DNA of 63,249 bases, filler included, from Craspedostauros australis (lineage: Eukaryota): NCBI GenBank assembly GCA_030167865.1. It is 10 parts of 10 records of this genome, joined end to end, with 100 filler letters (N's around TTAATTAATTAA, not from the genome) between each part and the next. Parts side by side here need not be neighbours in the genome. Positions count along the whole stretch, not along the records: positions 12,800 to 27,270 come from JALAGF010004415.1; positions 27,371 to 31,402 come from JALAGF010004416.1; positions 31,503 to 45,369 come from JALAGF010004418.1; 7 more parts are not named here. The stretch is one strand, 5' to 3'. The notes below the pieces were generated by a model, which searched no databases, had not been told where the DNA came from, and saw nothing but the letters and a program-made list of their open reading frames with translations. Numbering within the stretch: position 1 is the stretch's first letter; the number at the start of each line of letters is the position of its first letter. Made by a program: the position numbers and the translations under genes. This document shows, piece by piece, positions 24,963 to 37,483 of the stretch.

Positions 24963-25836
24963 TGTTGGCAAGTTCTGTTCACGGTAACCTACGATCGTGG
25001 AAGATGGTGTTGGTTGATAGTCGTTCGTTTGCTATTTCATTAGTTGGCTACTCCGATCCTCTCGGTGTACGCCCGTTCTCTTGTCCGATGCTCTTGGTGG
25101 TTCAATCTGTTTCGTAGATTCCGTCTCCGACTATGAGTCGGTACGCAAGATGCTCTCTCGCTCCTCTCTGTATTCTCTCTCTCTCTCTCTCTTAACATTG
25201 TGTGCTCGTGCTACACGATACTCCGTGTTCGATGCGTGCTCCGCATTCGACACTCCGTTCATTCAGTACTGGCTTCTACTCCATGAGTACTTACCATTTG
25301 AAGTTCACCTTCAGTATCCATGATCTTCATGGGTCATCGGATCTTCGCCTCCTGCTCTGACTTGGAGACAGATGTCAACGTGGTGACATGATGACATCCT
25401 GTCGACGTCAGTAGGTGTCCTTCTGCTCTCCAGATGTCACGTTCCATTGGTGATGCAGGAGNNNNNNNNNNNNNNNNNNNNNNNNNNNNNNNNNNNNNCT
25501 TCTGCTCTCCAGATGTCACGTTCCATTGGTGATGCAGGAGTCTGTCAGATGATATCGTCATCTGAGGTTTAGTTGGGAAGTACCTTGAGCTTCTCTTGGT
25601 ACCATTGATGGATGGACGGACGATATTCTAATTCTCTCAGGAATCGTCGATTGCAAATTTCCTCCAGAAATCTTGCTCATTTTCGTGTGTTCCATTTCCC
25701 CTGGAATTCTGACGAATCACAGCATGCTATTGACACGAATGTAGTTATACCGTCCAAGTGCGTATGAGAGAATAACAGGTGAACGATGCACATATACACG
25801 TACATCTTGACATATACTCACATGTACATCTCGACA
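24963..25836 (-). mobile_element. LTR family G copy (inverted) at which the Copia is truncated
   Basis: Reverse complement of 17123-17917. The flanks do not form a TSD. Confidence 0.85.
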
Positions 25837-28621
25837 TGTGCAGAACCGACACGACATGTTGCTGCGCAACAAAGAACGGCTGAAGCACGACAGCATGAAC
25901 TCCTACCTTTTTACTCGATCGTCCTCTCAACAGAAGCTTAACACATAAAACAAGCAATCAGAAACAATCTTCACAGCTTACTTCCGAGTCTACTACAGTT
26001 ACATTATCGTCTGATACAGCTTTGTTCTCAACATCAAACGGCCTCAAACCGGTTGAAGGACAGACCATCCTCCTGACAACGTGCAAAAGACACGGAATAC
26101 CAACTGATGGTATCTTTGGACAAGCGGAACATCCAACGTGATCGTCATGGCAGAAATGCGAAGCCGTCTGTGGATGATTGTTCATTCGTTGCGGAGCACG
26201 AAGGTCTTGCTTGCGATGTAAGATCTGCGCTTCGCATTGCTTCCCAATAGTAAGCTATCAAGTCCCCAACACACCACGTCACTTGGTTGTCATGGGGAGG
26301 AGTTGTGCTCTTGGAACCGAGCTTTCATGTCACAGAGAACTCACAAATGGCGAACATTGCGGTACTACAATGTGACCAATTGGTTCGCGGTGAGGTCACG
26401 ATCATAAGTTTGAGCTCATCAACACGCAGAAAAACGGGGGTAGATGTTCACCAAGCACAAGCATGTTCGCTTGCCCGTCCTCCTCATTTGTCAAGGAGAT
26501 CGACCTAGTCGCTGACCGTTTCGCCACCAAGATACTTTCCAACACATGGTGGCGTTTCCCATCAAAAAGGGAAACATGGGAAGCGCGGTAAAGTCTCTTT
26601 TTGCGTCGATTTTTGCTTTGTTCACGCTTGGGGCGTGTTGTGCGGCTTTTGGGTCTGTCGAGTCATGCACTCATGGGACTACTAGAGCACGCCTTTCCCA
26701 TGTCGACATGACGTCGCGCTGATTTGTGTTCGTGGTTGCGATGTCGCGCACTGTTCGCACATGCCAATGATGTCCCCTTTTCTCGTTCCACCCTGTTGTG
26801 TCTGTCCCAACACATCCCCTCCCAGACCCACGACACGACGCGGCATCGATGCAGTCACACAATTGCTTTCCCTCTTTGGAAAGAAGTGGCTGATTTGCAA
26901 TCATCATTCGTGTTCTCCCCTCCCCTTGCTCAGGTAACTTTCGTACTTGTCTGAGCAGTTCCTTTTCGCACCGTCGTTGATTACCACAGAGCGCTCCTCC
27001 AACTACAAGCTGTCCGTTGTCCTACTAGCCTACTGAACTTCGCGTCATCAACCGTCGCACTCTGCACTGGAAGCAGCTCCATTCCTCCGCGTTCCTGTAT
27101 TAATGCGCACTACGTTACTGCGTGATCACTGTCGTGCTCCTGTCACTGCCGTTGTCGAAGGTGGTGAGCCCGCCCCTGTGCAACGTCTGTTTGGCCGCGC
27201 TGCTCTGGCGCTCGTTGGTGATTCTCTGGGTTTTTCGCATGACAAAGTGGGACTCTCTTCAGCAAGCGTGNNNNNNNNNNNNNNNNNNNNNNNNNNNNNN
27301 NNNNNNNNNNNNNNTTAATTAATTAANNNNNNNNNNNNNNNNNNNNNNNNNNNNNNNNNNNNNNNNNNNNGGATGATCAAAGAGTCGATACACTGCAAGA
27401 AGGGAGTGAAACAAGGCACACAACCAAGTGTCTTGCCCCACAGAAAACACAACGATGTCTGCAGGAAATCTCCTGCAAACAACACTGCCAAGAAACATGT
27501 CCTGCATGATTGTTGCCTCTTCNNNNNNNNNNNNNNNNNNNNNNNNNNNNNNNNNNNNNNNNNNNNNNNNNNNNNNNNNNNNNNNNNNNNNNNNNNNNNN
27601 NNNNNNNNNNNNNNNNNNNNNNNNNNNNNNNNNNNNNNNNNNNNNNNNNNNNNNNNNNNNNNNNNNNNNNNNNNNNNNNNNNNNNNNNNNNNTTGAACGC
27701 TTGCTCAAGGCAACGCAACAAACAATTTTCTCACAGCAACAAAAACACAAAGTCCGTCCCTATTGTCAACAACAACAACAACAACAAACAATCCAATCCG
27801 GATTTGTTCCATCTACGGGGACATCTCGGACACGCGAACTAACGAAATTTAACTATAACCCTTCTCCGTTAAATACGGTCCCAACCCATGTCGCATACAA
27901 ATCTCGACCGATCGGAGTAGTATGGATTTGTTGTTCCGGTTTTGAACGCTTCTGGGAGACCAGTCATAATTTCATAACGAGTTGTGTGCAACATGCATTT
28001 AGTCAGTAGTGTCACGGGACTCATTTCCGCTGAGTCTGTGTTGTCAATACTCCACAGGATTCGTAATCGCCACTTGGGATCAGGATGAGCGAGGCTCGTC
28101 AGTTGTGAAATTATGTGCCTTGCGACTACCAACACTCACAAAGTGTACGTCTTTGGAGATACACAGCAATCCGTAGCCGTACTTCTCCCAGATTTGGAGG
28201 TGCTCGATGCAGGCGTGAAATTACAGAAGAGGGAAGCAAGATCATTTCCCTCCATCCGACCAAGAATGAAGAGAAAGAACCAACCGATGGCCAACGTATG
28301 CCAACAATCCCAACAATGCCAACACCGCGTCGCTACCAAAAATGAAGGGAAGAAGGCGACATAACAATAGGACGCACCTTGCGGCAATGATTGTTTCGGA
28401 CCAGCAAGAGGAGGGTGGGACGGAGCAAAGCAGAGCACAGAAGGGACGTTGTGGTGGATGAGACTGATTGCGACGAGCAGGCGCAAGCATCCTTGGAAGT
28501 GGAAGCGCAGGTGGAAGTGCAGATGTAAGCGCAAGGACCTACTCTGCTCGACTCGATTCGACTCTAATCGTATCAAAAGTGGTATCGGCGCCACCAAGAT
28601 CACGAGGCTCATCATCCCATC

Positions 28622-30366
28622 ATGGCCGACACCTCCCAAAACCAACACATTGTTCACCGCCTTGCTTCGACTGCGTCTGATGTACTGTTGCTCTCGTCTG
28701 CGTACGGGTTGCCCGTGCCATCATGGGCAACGACAGCCATCGCGATGAGCAATGGAAACTCCAGCATCTTGCATCGCTCATCTTTCGTGCACAATGCAAC
28801 AGGCGGAGATGGCAACCACGGTGCAAACAACAATGACAACGATAATGACAGCAGAACCAGCGCAGATGGATTCATGGGCTTCATTCCCTTGTTGGAAAAG
28901 CTCGTCATCTGCTGGAGCATAGTCATGGTGATCCTCTTGACATCCGTGTTGTCCTACGGACTGTTCGATATCGTTGTGATGCCATCCCACGACATCACGA
29001 TGCCACTCTACTTCGATTCCACTGAGATGTCCATCCATCCAACTGAACATCATCTCGTGCAACAATGGTGGCTGGNGCAGCAGCAGAAACAGATGCGAGT
29101 GCGGATGAGGGAGGACGGAAAGCACCAAATGGAGAAAGAGGGGTTACAAGAATGCAAACAATATGAAACAGATATAGCCATCATGACAGCAGCAACAGCA
29201 GCAGCAACAGCGAGAGCAGTCATGAAGCTGGCGTTGAGTCGCAACAGGAGACAATCTCCCACTCATCACCACCACCATCGCATGGGCAAGCTCAAGCCCA
29301 AGCACAACCTCAGATGCCACCGCAGAACCAAATACCCAATCTTTCNGTNGATCAGCGGCGTGCCTTGCAACGATCGCCTTGAGCAACTGCCGATCTTTTC
29401 ACCAAGCACACGCAATGGGAACCATACCTTGACCGCCATCACCCCAAACCACGACCTCGCTCCGCGTTGAAGGCAAACCAACCGTACGCCATCGAAATTG
29501 CGCTGGAACTTCCAGAATCGCTGACCAACCGAGAGTTGGACATCTTCGGTGTGCACGTGACATTGCAATCCGCAAATGGAATGGCCCTGGCAACATCTGT
29601 GCGATCCACGCAACATCCGCACGAAAGTGACTGGATATCGCTGATTCGAAAATGGACACTGCTGGTGCTGCATCTCGTCGGTGCTATCCTAGAAAATCGA
29701 ACCACCGTGATCCCGTCGTGTCATTACGTCATGGAACGAAATCAGCATCCGTTATGGTCTATCACTGTTCGGTTAGTGAGTAGAACTACAAGGCGGCGGC
29801 GAACACAACGCGCGAGCTCTCCAGCAGCGTCGACAGAATGGACACCGTCTCATGATGACGATCTCTACAATGACGATGTGCAAGCCAGCACAGCGCACGT
29901 CTGTATTGGAAGAGAGCTGAAGCCATACCAGTACGTTCTGAAGCACTGGTTCTTCACGCGTGCGATGATTGGCATCAGTGCCATCTTCGTATTCCAATCC
30001 GCCTCCGTAGGCCTGCTGATGTATCTGTGGGAACGCCGACGGCAAGGTCTTGAAGAAAGAGCCAGCGATGCTTCGCTCCAACTGGAACTGGATGAGTCGT
30101 TAGATTTTCACGACGGCAACAATGGTGGGGTCGGGGAACATGATGACACTGATGATGGACCCTGGTCGAGCACCTTGGTGGATGGGGCGCAGGCGCCGCC
30201 ACAGTCGCAGGCGAATGCCGTAGTCAGTGAGGATTCCAACGGCACCAATGGCCAAAACACCGACGGTGATTCGACCAGTCCCGATGTCGACCCCGATATC
30301 CACTCCGATGCTAACGCTGAGACCTCCCCTCGAAGCGAGTCTCCAACAATCATCGTGGATGAATAG
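28622..30366 (+). pseudogene. Seipin (lipid-droplet biogenesis protein) homolog; disrupted or unresolved gene model
   Basis: TM helix plus PLYFD, then YAIEIALELPESLTNRELDIF, TSVRS..HPHES, YVLKHWFF and a second TM helix. The halves are in different frames, with TGA at 29380 and ambiguous bases nearby. Confidence 0.75.
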
Positions 30367-32609
30367 ACCTATTGTTGGATGTTGGATGTTGGATCGTTGG
30401 GAAGACTTCGCTGTGGGCAGCGACGGGAGATGCATGGTTCGAAATTCGCCATCGGAGAACATCACACTTTGTGCTCGCACCATGAGTCGCCCACCCGACC
30501 ATGCTCCGCCGCGTGCAAACTCTACTCTGGTCCACTTGAGCGTGCGCCATCCCATCCTCATGCTAAATCAAGGTGAGAACGCGCGTTTCATCGATGGATC
30601 ACTTTTTGTCGGAATGCCAACGAATCTTTCGCAGTTGGGGCACGGTCAGAGACATGAGGAACATGGAAAGCGTTGCCTGTGGTGCATGAACGGCAGAACA
30701 ACCTCCGCAACTTGGGACAAGAACGGCAATTTCAGTGGCGATGGCTTGATCATCTCCACAACAAGCAAGATCGCCTCGCACTGGTGAAGTGTCATGTGTG
30801 CATACCACATGGTACGATACCGTCGAGATATCGATATCTTTTGGCGCACGCCCCAAAGCAGTCGAAGACGTGCGAGCGTCTGACGACGCGCTTGTACTCC
30901 TGCTATTTCGGTACGTGCGCACGTTCCGCTACAGATAGATATCGCGAAGTTGATGATGCGAGACCATGAATCTGGTGTCCAACCATGCGAAAGCGCGAGC
31001 ATCACCAAAAGATGAAAACGTGGGATCTGTTTTCCCGTCTATCTCTTCTGCTCATGCGTGCAGATGAATGGTTGATGAGTGACGATTGCGTTTGACTTCT
31101 CTATTGCGGTATGTGGATATGCAACGCGATGACTAACATTAGTGATTCCGTTTCCATCTGACCAACAGACCAAGTCTCTGGTCCTCTATTCCATATGTAT
31201 TAGATATGATACATACTAAATCATACTCCTGCATCAAGAATGCTTCTTTTGAGAAATGGGCTTGGTTGATTTGCTTGATTTCGATGGTGCTCGCCTTCTC
31301 CGTTTCTTCGTTGCAGGCGGCAGTCTCTCATCTCTCCTTGCCCGAGCGAGATCCATCTCGCGCTTCTTGCGAAAGCCATGCGCGGCCTTGTCCCGTGCTT
31401 CCNNNNNNNNNNNNNNNNNNNNNNNNNNNNNNNNNNNNNNNNNNNNTTAATTAATTAANNNNNNNNNNNNNNNNNNNNNNNNNNNNNNNNNNNNNNNNNN
31501 NNATCACTGCCACGTTATCATCGACGCAGCGGTGGAAACATTGGCGACCTCACCTTCCTCACCAAGGAAGACCTCAATGGCCTCCATCACAACTTCACTC
31601 CCACCACGGGAGACCCATACACATGCCGATTTATGGCGTTGCATATTTGCAAGATCCTTGCACTCCCGATGTCAGGAATCGAGGGTACAACTTTGTCAAG
31701 ATACCCCTGATTGCAGCACCTCCCAATAATATCTTCACAACTTGAACAATTCAACCTTGTTGATCACACTTGGACTACCTTGTAGCTTGTCTCTCCTCAC
31801 TCCACCTTTTGTGGCTGGCACCATACGCAGTCATGTCCCACAATAGAGTCTATCTATGAACTGTCATGGAAATGAGGGCGAACCTGTAATTTGACCACTA
31901 GGGATGTATCTGCACATGAGTCAAGACTATGTGCAATACAGTCAATAAATTCCAAGCAAGTCGACATGCCTCAACAGACAAGAGACGCTCCAGAGTCACC
32001 CCAATGGGAGAAACGGCGAGAAGGAGAAACGGAGGCGATCCCTGAGTCACCCAAGAGCACGAATGACAATGCGACATTGGACAAACATGATTGCTGAGAC
32101 CGTGGGGGTGGCATAGGAAGAATACTGAGGAATCAAAGATGATGTGGGATCGATCAGGCTGAGACCCAAGCTGAGGTACCCGTGCGGCTACAAGAAATAC
32201 TGCTTGAATATAGAAGAGGCATGGCACTACTGAAATGCACAATGAATCTGAAGGAGAGAGCATGAGAGCAAGTTGATGATGCAGATGAGAGCAACTATGG
32301 ACAAGTGTATGACTATGGTGAACTGCTATGGATTACACTTGCAATCAAATTTGAATTGAAGAGGGTCAAGAAGATTGATCTCCACAGTTCTAAAACGGTA
32401 CAATCTAATAACAGAATAGAGTACTACGATAACCCTGGAGTTCCAACACTTGTAGAGACGGAAACACAAGAGAGCATCTTGTGTGAACTCATAGTCGAGC
32501 GAGAGCTATCCGCAGAGATACTCAACCACCCACGTGATGAAATAGCAAACAGAAACAGCATTTACACCATCGTCTACCAGTAGGGAATCACGGTGCGTGG
32601 AATTCGCAA

Positions 32610-33247
32610 ACCTACACAGATTTTGTTCAGCTCTGCCAACAAATAGTCAGGGATAGGCTTGAACAATGAGGTCTTCTTTGCAGCCCAACCCGGTGTTACA
32701 ACAGGAGGAAGATCTATGCCAGCAGTCGTATCCTTCCACGTTGTGTCATGATCAGCAGTTTCCATGAGGTTGGTGCAAATGGCTGTTTTGAATACATTTG
32801 CTTCACTCTCTTCCAGACTATATACCTCTTTGTTGCCTGTTTTGTATCCACTGGTACTGGTTGGCATGATGACTCGTGTTCTTCTTTCACTGTCGCTCCA
32901 ATTTAGTTCACGACAAAGCACTCCCAATCCTCTTCCTCCACCAATTTGGCATCGATGGCATTTGAGGCTTCATTCACTATTGCCATCCCTTCCATTGCCG
33001 ATGCCTTCACCCATTCTCTTGTCATCATCGCCATCCCACCCATCATCATCTTTTCTCTTGCCAACTCCACCTTCATTGCCATCACCATTGCCGTTCATGA
33101 CAGAATCATTCAGGTTGCTTTCGCCATCATCATCTTTGTTGCCATCACCCCCATCGCCCTCGACGACGAAATCATTGTGGGGACCACCACCACTTTCGTT
33201 CCCATGGCAGCGACCATCGCCACCGGCAACGCCAACGCCATCCTGGG
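32610..33247 (-). pseudogene. Second degraded copy of the unknown multicopy ORF, host of the Copia insertion (continues from 39144)
   Basis: Nucleotide similarity to 23160-23530. An (ATC/GCC)-rich tract continues on both sides of the Copia. Confidence 0.6.
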
Positions 33248-33414
33248 TGTCAAACAGTACAAGTAACTACGGTAGACGTATTTGCCCGTTGTTGCGTGCC
33301 CTGGTCGGAGCTCTTGTTGATTATTTGTGAGTGCTGTCCGAAGACAGCCCCCGACCAGTATTTGACTAGTACGATTAGTAAAGAAGTAAGAAGTAAGGAA
33401 TTCTGTGAGAATTG

Positions 33415-36400
33415 TCACGCCCCTTGATCTCGAGGTAGACCTGCATAGAACAGAGTGGTGACAAATGATGTGAGTTCTGGCTTTGCCAGCACCTTTGTGA
33501 GCATATCTGCAAAGTTCCGCTTCGATGGGACATATACTGGAACAAGGATTCCAGCTCCCACCGCTTCGCGGACTCTGTGGAATGAGATTGCCACATGCTT
33601 CTTTTGGAGCAAGCTGTCTGCAATGGTCGTGTTTGATATCACTGCATTGTTGTCGCCGAACGTGATCGTTGGCGCTTTGACTGTGACTCCCAGAGATCGG
33701 AGTGCGTATCGGAGTGCAATGATTTNCTCGGTNGCCGAGCGCATTGCATTGAATTCTGCTCCGTATGTTGATGTTGCGACTGATGTCTGGCGTTTGCTGG
33801 AGAAGTGCACTGGGGTGCGCCCCAGGAAGATGATGATGCCGGTGTTCGATCTCCGCGTGACCAGATCATGTGCATGGTTTGCATCGACGAATGCGCACAT
33901 CTGGATCTCAGGGTATATCGCTGCTGGCGCCTGATCGTCAATGTCCTCGGCCGCTTCGGGGTATTCTTCCTTCATCTGTGCAACCATCTCCGGGTTGGGT
34001 GATTCTGGATTGAAGTTCTCGAATGCGATGGGCTTTGAGTCGATCATGGTTCTGAGCGTTGATTTGTTCTTGAGGTATCCCCATATCTTAAGTGCTCGTG
34101 TGAGATGCCCTTTCCGTGGTGTCGACGTGAAACGTGAGAGAGAAGAGGTTGCAAATGCGACGTCGAAACGTCCGAGCTGTACAACCCAGTTCAGCATGCC
34201 AATGAGCTGCTGGAACTGTTGTTGCTCGTCAGGTGTTAGTAGTGGTGTATCATCCATTTCCGGATGATCCTTGCTCTTCATGGGTACATGTTGGTCATGC
34301 AGTTCCCCATGGAGCCGTTCGATCTTGTCCAGAGCATTGGAAATGTATTTGTCGCATCCGACGCTCCATTTTCCTTTTGCGTTCCTGGAATAATCGTTGC
34401 CAAGATAGTACTTCGGTGGTCCAATGTCTTTGACTGTGTAGACTTGTTGTATCGCCTTCATGTACTGATCTGGGTCTTTGGCGACTATCTTGAAGTCGTC
34501 CACATGGGTGCAGATGTAGTCGTAGCCAGAGTCGTCTCTGCACTGGATCCATACATCTTGATCATGCCGAGATGGCGTGAATCCCATCGATGAGAGAGTG
34601 TTGGCGAAGTGTGCATGGAATCGTTGAGCGCTTGACCGAAGACCGTATAGTGCTTTCTTGAGCACGATGACTTGTCCTTCTTTGTCGTCGAATGCCTTTC
34701 CTGCTGTCGCGTAGATCTTCTCATTGGTGTACGCATTGACGAATGCGTTGCCGACGTCGCCACATAGCTGTTGCAGGTTGTTTGCATCTGCTATTGCATC
34801 AAGGATGCGGACGCTTGTCGACTTGACGGTTGAAGAGTAGACTCGGATGTTGTCCGCCAGCTCGATGAGATGCCCGCCTGCTACCAAGCGCCCCTTACGT
34901 CGCAGATTTTGCTTGACCGCGAATATGAGTCGGAGTTTCGTGCTCTGATAGTCTGCTGGTGGTTGGTATGTCGATGGGTGGAATGTGAAGCAGTCGAGTT
35001 CGATCAATGCGTCGATCTCTTTCTTCGCTGCATCTCTCCATTGGTGATCCCCATTTGCTTCATCCAGTTGCAATGCATGTTTCATGTTGCGTGGGACCTC
35101 GACACCGTATTGATATACAGTGGCGAAGTAGTCTCGCTTCGGCTTCTTCTTGCCTGGACGGATTCGTCTGATGATGATGATGTTGTCGTTCTCATCCATT
35201 GTGAAGGCTCGAGTCTGCTCGATTCTTCGGATTCTGCGCCTGATGGCTCGCAGAGCATGTTTCGCCCACTTGAGTAGGACTTGTGATTGCCGATTGTGGC
35301 GACCGTTGCGTCGTGGTTCGTTGTCGATGATGTACCGTGCTACCATTTCGGGATGGTCAGCTCGGATCACGTCGTATCGGAACCATTGCGTTTCAGTGTT
35401 GGACCATTGCACATTGAAGTGTAGATGTCCGTCTCTGAATGCGTGGCTGAGGATGGATTGGATTGCCAAGTCGTCAGATTTCTCGTTTTCGACCTGATTT
35501 CGGAACAGCTCGTCATGCTCTCTCTCGATGAGAGAGGACTCACGCCCCTGAGAGCGGTGCTCCGGAGGATCTGGCATCGCCGTGACTTCGGAGTCATCGG
35601 TCGCCTCAGAGATGTTACCCGCGGATGCGTCGCTGTCGTCATCTGAGATGACGCCGTGTGCATTATGTTCCGGCATGTCGCCGTCGTTGGGAATTATGTC
35701 TGGTTGACCGAACCACCGGTCAGCCGTGCCTGCTGGCGTGTTATTCTCGGATACGCCCCTGACCTCCTGCGTCTCCGGCTCCGGCGGACCCGCCGCCGCC
35801 CCTGACTGCACAGCAATCGCGTCGATGGCCTCGCGGACCTGTCGAGCGAGCTCCGCCGGCAATGTCTTGGTTCTGGCGCGTTCGCCGGATTCGCCGCGCG
35901 TAGTGGTGTGGATGATATCGAGTCGAGCGATGCGGTTGACCTCCGCGTCTGTGATGCGTGGAGGAATGGCGTCTTCGACGACACGCGGCTTGACAATGTT
36001 GCGCACAAGCGCGGTGCCCTTCGTGACGTCATCGCCTCGTGGAGACCATATGGTGTAGGTGAATGGATTGCCGTGATTCCATGCGATGCCAAGGAAGTAT
36101 CCTGGCTTGAATGGATGGTTGGGAAATTTGGTCATGGGTTCGAAGAACCATACGGGTTGGAAGAACGTGAAACGGAACATCGAGATGTCGGGAGTGTTGC
36201 CGCGAAGAATCTCAATCGGAGTGCGCCATTGGAGGCTTGCCTTCGCCGTGTAATTCCATGCGTCAATAGCGTGTTGCACAGCATAGCACCAGAATGAGAG
36301 TGGCGCCGAGGCCGCCCATAGTAGCTGGTATGCATGTCGCTTGACATCGCCAATTGCCCGTTCTGCGTGGTTCTGGTTCTGATTCATGGGCACAGTGAAT

Positions 36401-37407
36401 TGGTGCTTGATCAGATAGCGGGATGTGACCGCTTTCCATGCCTTGCCCGATTGCACCTGCGAATTGTCTGAGACGAGTAGATCCGGAGCGCCGACGCGGA
36501 TGATGAAATCCGTGAGCGCCCCTGGCGCCATGGCCTCGCGGCTCAATGGCTTCGCCCAGATGAATTTCGATTGGTTGTGCGAGAATAGCTGGAAGCACTT
36601 GTAGTGCCGGATGGACTGGACGGTGGAGAAGAACGTGTCCGTGTCAACTCTTCCGTCGATTCTGTTGGGTTGCAGCACTCCTGCTCGCTGAGCTCGATAC
36701 TGCCGTGGGATAAGCCTTGACTCTGCCTCGATCGGAGTATCCGCCAGTTGAGTGGATGCCGCCATTGTCTTCTCCACCACGTGTGGTGGAAGGTGTCGGA
36801 AGATTCGCGTGAAATCGACCCGACCCGCATTGCGTCGTAGACGCTGGTGTCTGTCGCATATGATGATATGCTGTGCCGTCGCCATCTCGTGGGCTGTTGG
36901 CTTTCTGATGGGAATTCGGAGCGTGTTGCCTTCATGGTTCTCCAGTGGTATGCTGATTTCATCCGATGAGACCCGCTGCTGTCCCTGGTGTTCGATTAGG
37001 CGATCATAGACGTTCAGTCCGGACGCGCGCATATGATGTGTGTTAAACAGTGATTCCGTCTGCTGTGGATGCTTGTCGAGAGCCACGTAGTTCGCTTTGA
37101 TGAGGATCACGCCGCCTGATGGGGGCTCGTATGCTGCCACCGCGTCGACCATCTGGAATGTCTTGATTGGTGAGTCCATTGTCGCCCCTCGGGCACGAAA
37201 CTCTTGTTGGTGTGTGTGGGTCACCTCCCAGCCCGACGCATGAACGATGTCTCCGTCCGCCCCTGAGTCTAGGATGATAAAGCCTTGGCTATTCGTTACT
37301 CTTGCCCTTCGGATGCAGTGCTCCACTGTCGGGTGGGTTGTGCACGGACGGGACTCTTGTGGTACCTCCAGACGTGCACGTCCGGGCATTCCCGCTGCGG
37401 TCGTCAC
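33415..37407 (-). CDS. pol: Copia pol polyprotein (protease, integrase, chromo-like domain, RT, RNase H)
   Basis: ILDSGAD; DTDTFF, LVSDN and QNQNHAER; RKGRLVAGG, KALYGL and THVDD; FVDANHA, GDN and NFADMLTK. The stop codon is the first three bases of the 3' LTR. Confidence 0.95.
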   Translation of the reverse strand: MTTAAGMPGRARLEVPQESRPCTTHPTVEHCIRRARVTNSQGFIILDSGADGDIVHASGWEVTHTHQQEFRARGATMDSPIKTFQMVDAVAAYEPPSGGVILIKANYVALDKHPQQTESLFNTHHMRASGLNVYDRLIEHQGQQRVSSDEISIPLENHEGNTLRIPIRKPTAHEMATAQHIIICDRHQRLRRNAGRVDFTRIFRHLPPHVVEKTMAASTQLADTPIEAESRLIPRQYRAQRAGVLQPNRIDGRVDTDTFFSTVQSIRHYKCFQLFSHNQSKFIWAKPLSREAMAPGALTDFIIRVGAPDLLVSDNSQVQSGKAWKAVTSRYLIKHQFTVPMNQNQNHAERAIGDVKRHAYQLLWAASAPLSFWCYAVQHAIDAWNYTAKASLQWRTPIEILRGNTPDISMFRFTFFQPVWFFEPMTKFPNHPFKPGYFLGIAWNHGNPFTYTIWSPRGDDVTKGTALVRNIVKPRVVEDAIPPRITDAEVNRIARLDIIHTTTRGESGERARTKTLPAELARQVREAIDAIAVQSGAAAGPPEPETQEVRGVSENNTPAGTADRWFGQPDIIPNDGDMPEHNAHGVISDDDSDASAGNISEATDDSEVTAMPDPPEHRSQGRESSLIEREHDELFRNQVENEKSDDLAIQSILSHAFRDGHLHFNVQWSNTETQWFRYDVIRADHPEMVARYIIDNEPRRNGRHNRQSQVLLKWAKHALRAIRRRIRRIEQTRAFTMDENDNIIIIRRIRPGKKKPKRDYFATVYQYGVEVPRNMKHALQLDEANGDHQWRDAAKKEIDALIELDCFTFHPSTYQPPADYQSTKLRLIFAVKQNLRRKGRLVAGGHLIELADNIRVYSSTVKSTSVRILDAIADANNLQQLCGDVGNAFVNAYTNEKIYATAGKAFDDKEGQVIVLKKALYGLRSSAQRFHAHFANTLSSMGFTPSRHDQDVWIQCRDDSGYDYICTHVDDFKIVAKDPDQYMKAIQQVYTVKDIGPPKYYLGNDYSRNAKGKWSVGCDKYISNALDKIERLHGELHDQHVPMKSKDHPEMDDTPLLTPDEQQQFQQLIGMLNWVVQLGRFDVAFATSSLSRFTSTPRKGHLTRALKIWGYLKNKSTLRTMIDSKPIAFENFNPESPNPEMVAQMKEEYPEAAEDIDDQAPAAIYPEIQMCAFVDANHAHDLVTRRSNTGIIIFLGRTPVHFSSKRQTSVATSTYGAEFNAMRSXTEXIIALRYALRSLGVTVKAPTITFGDNNAVISNTTIADSLLQKKHVAISFHRVREAVGAGILVPVYVPSKRNFADMLTKVLAKPELTSFVTTLFYAGLPRDQGA

Positions 37408-37483
37408 GCTCGCCCCCTACAGTCGCGGGGTTTGAGGTGATGACAATCTCCGACTGACGGCGAGTTGTGCCCGTCGTTGATTG

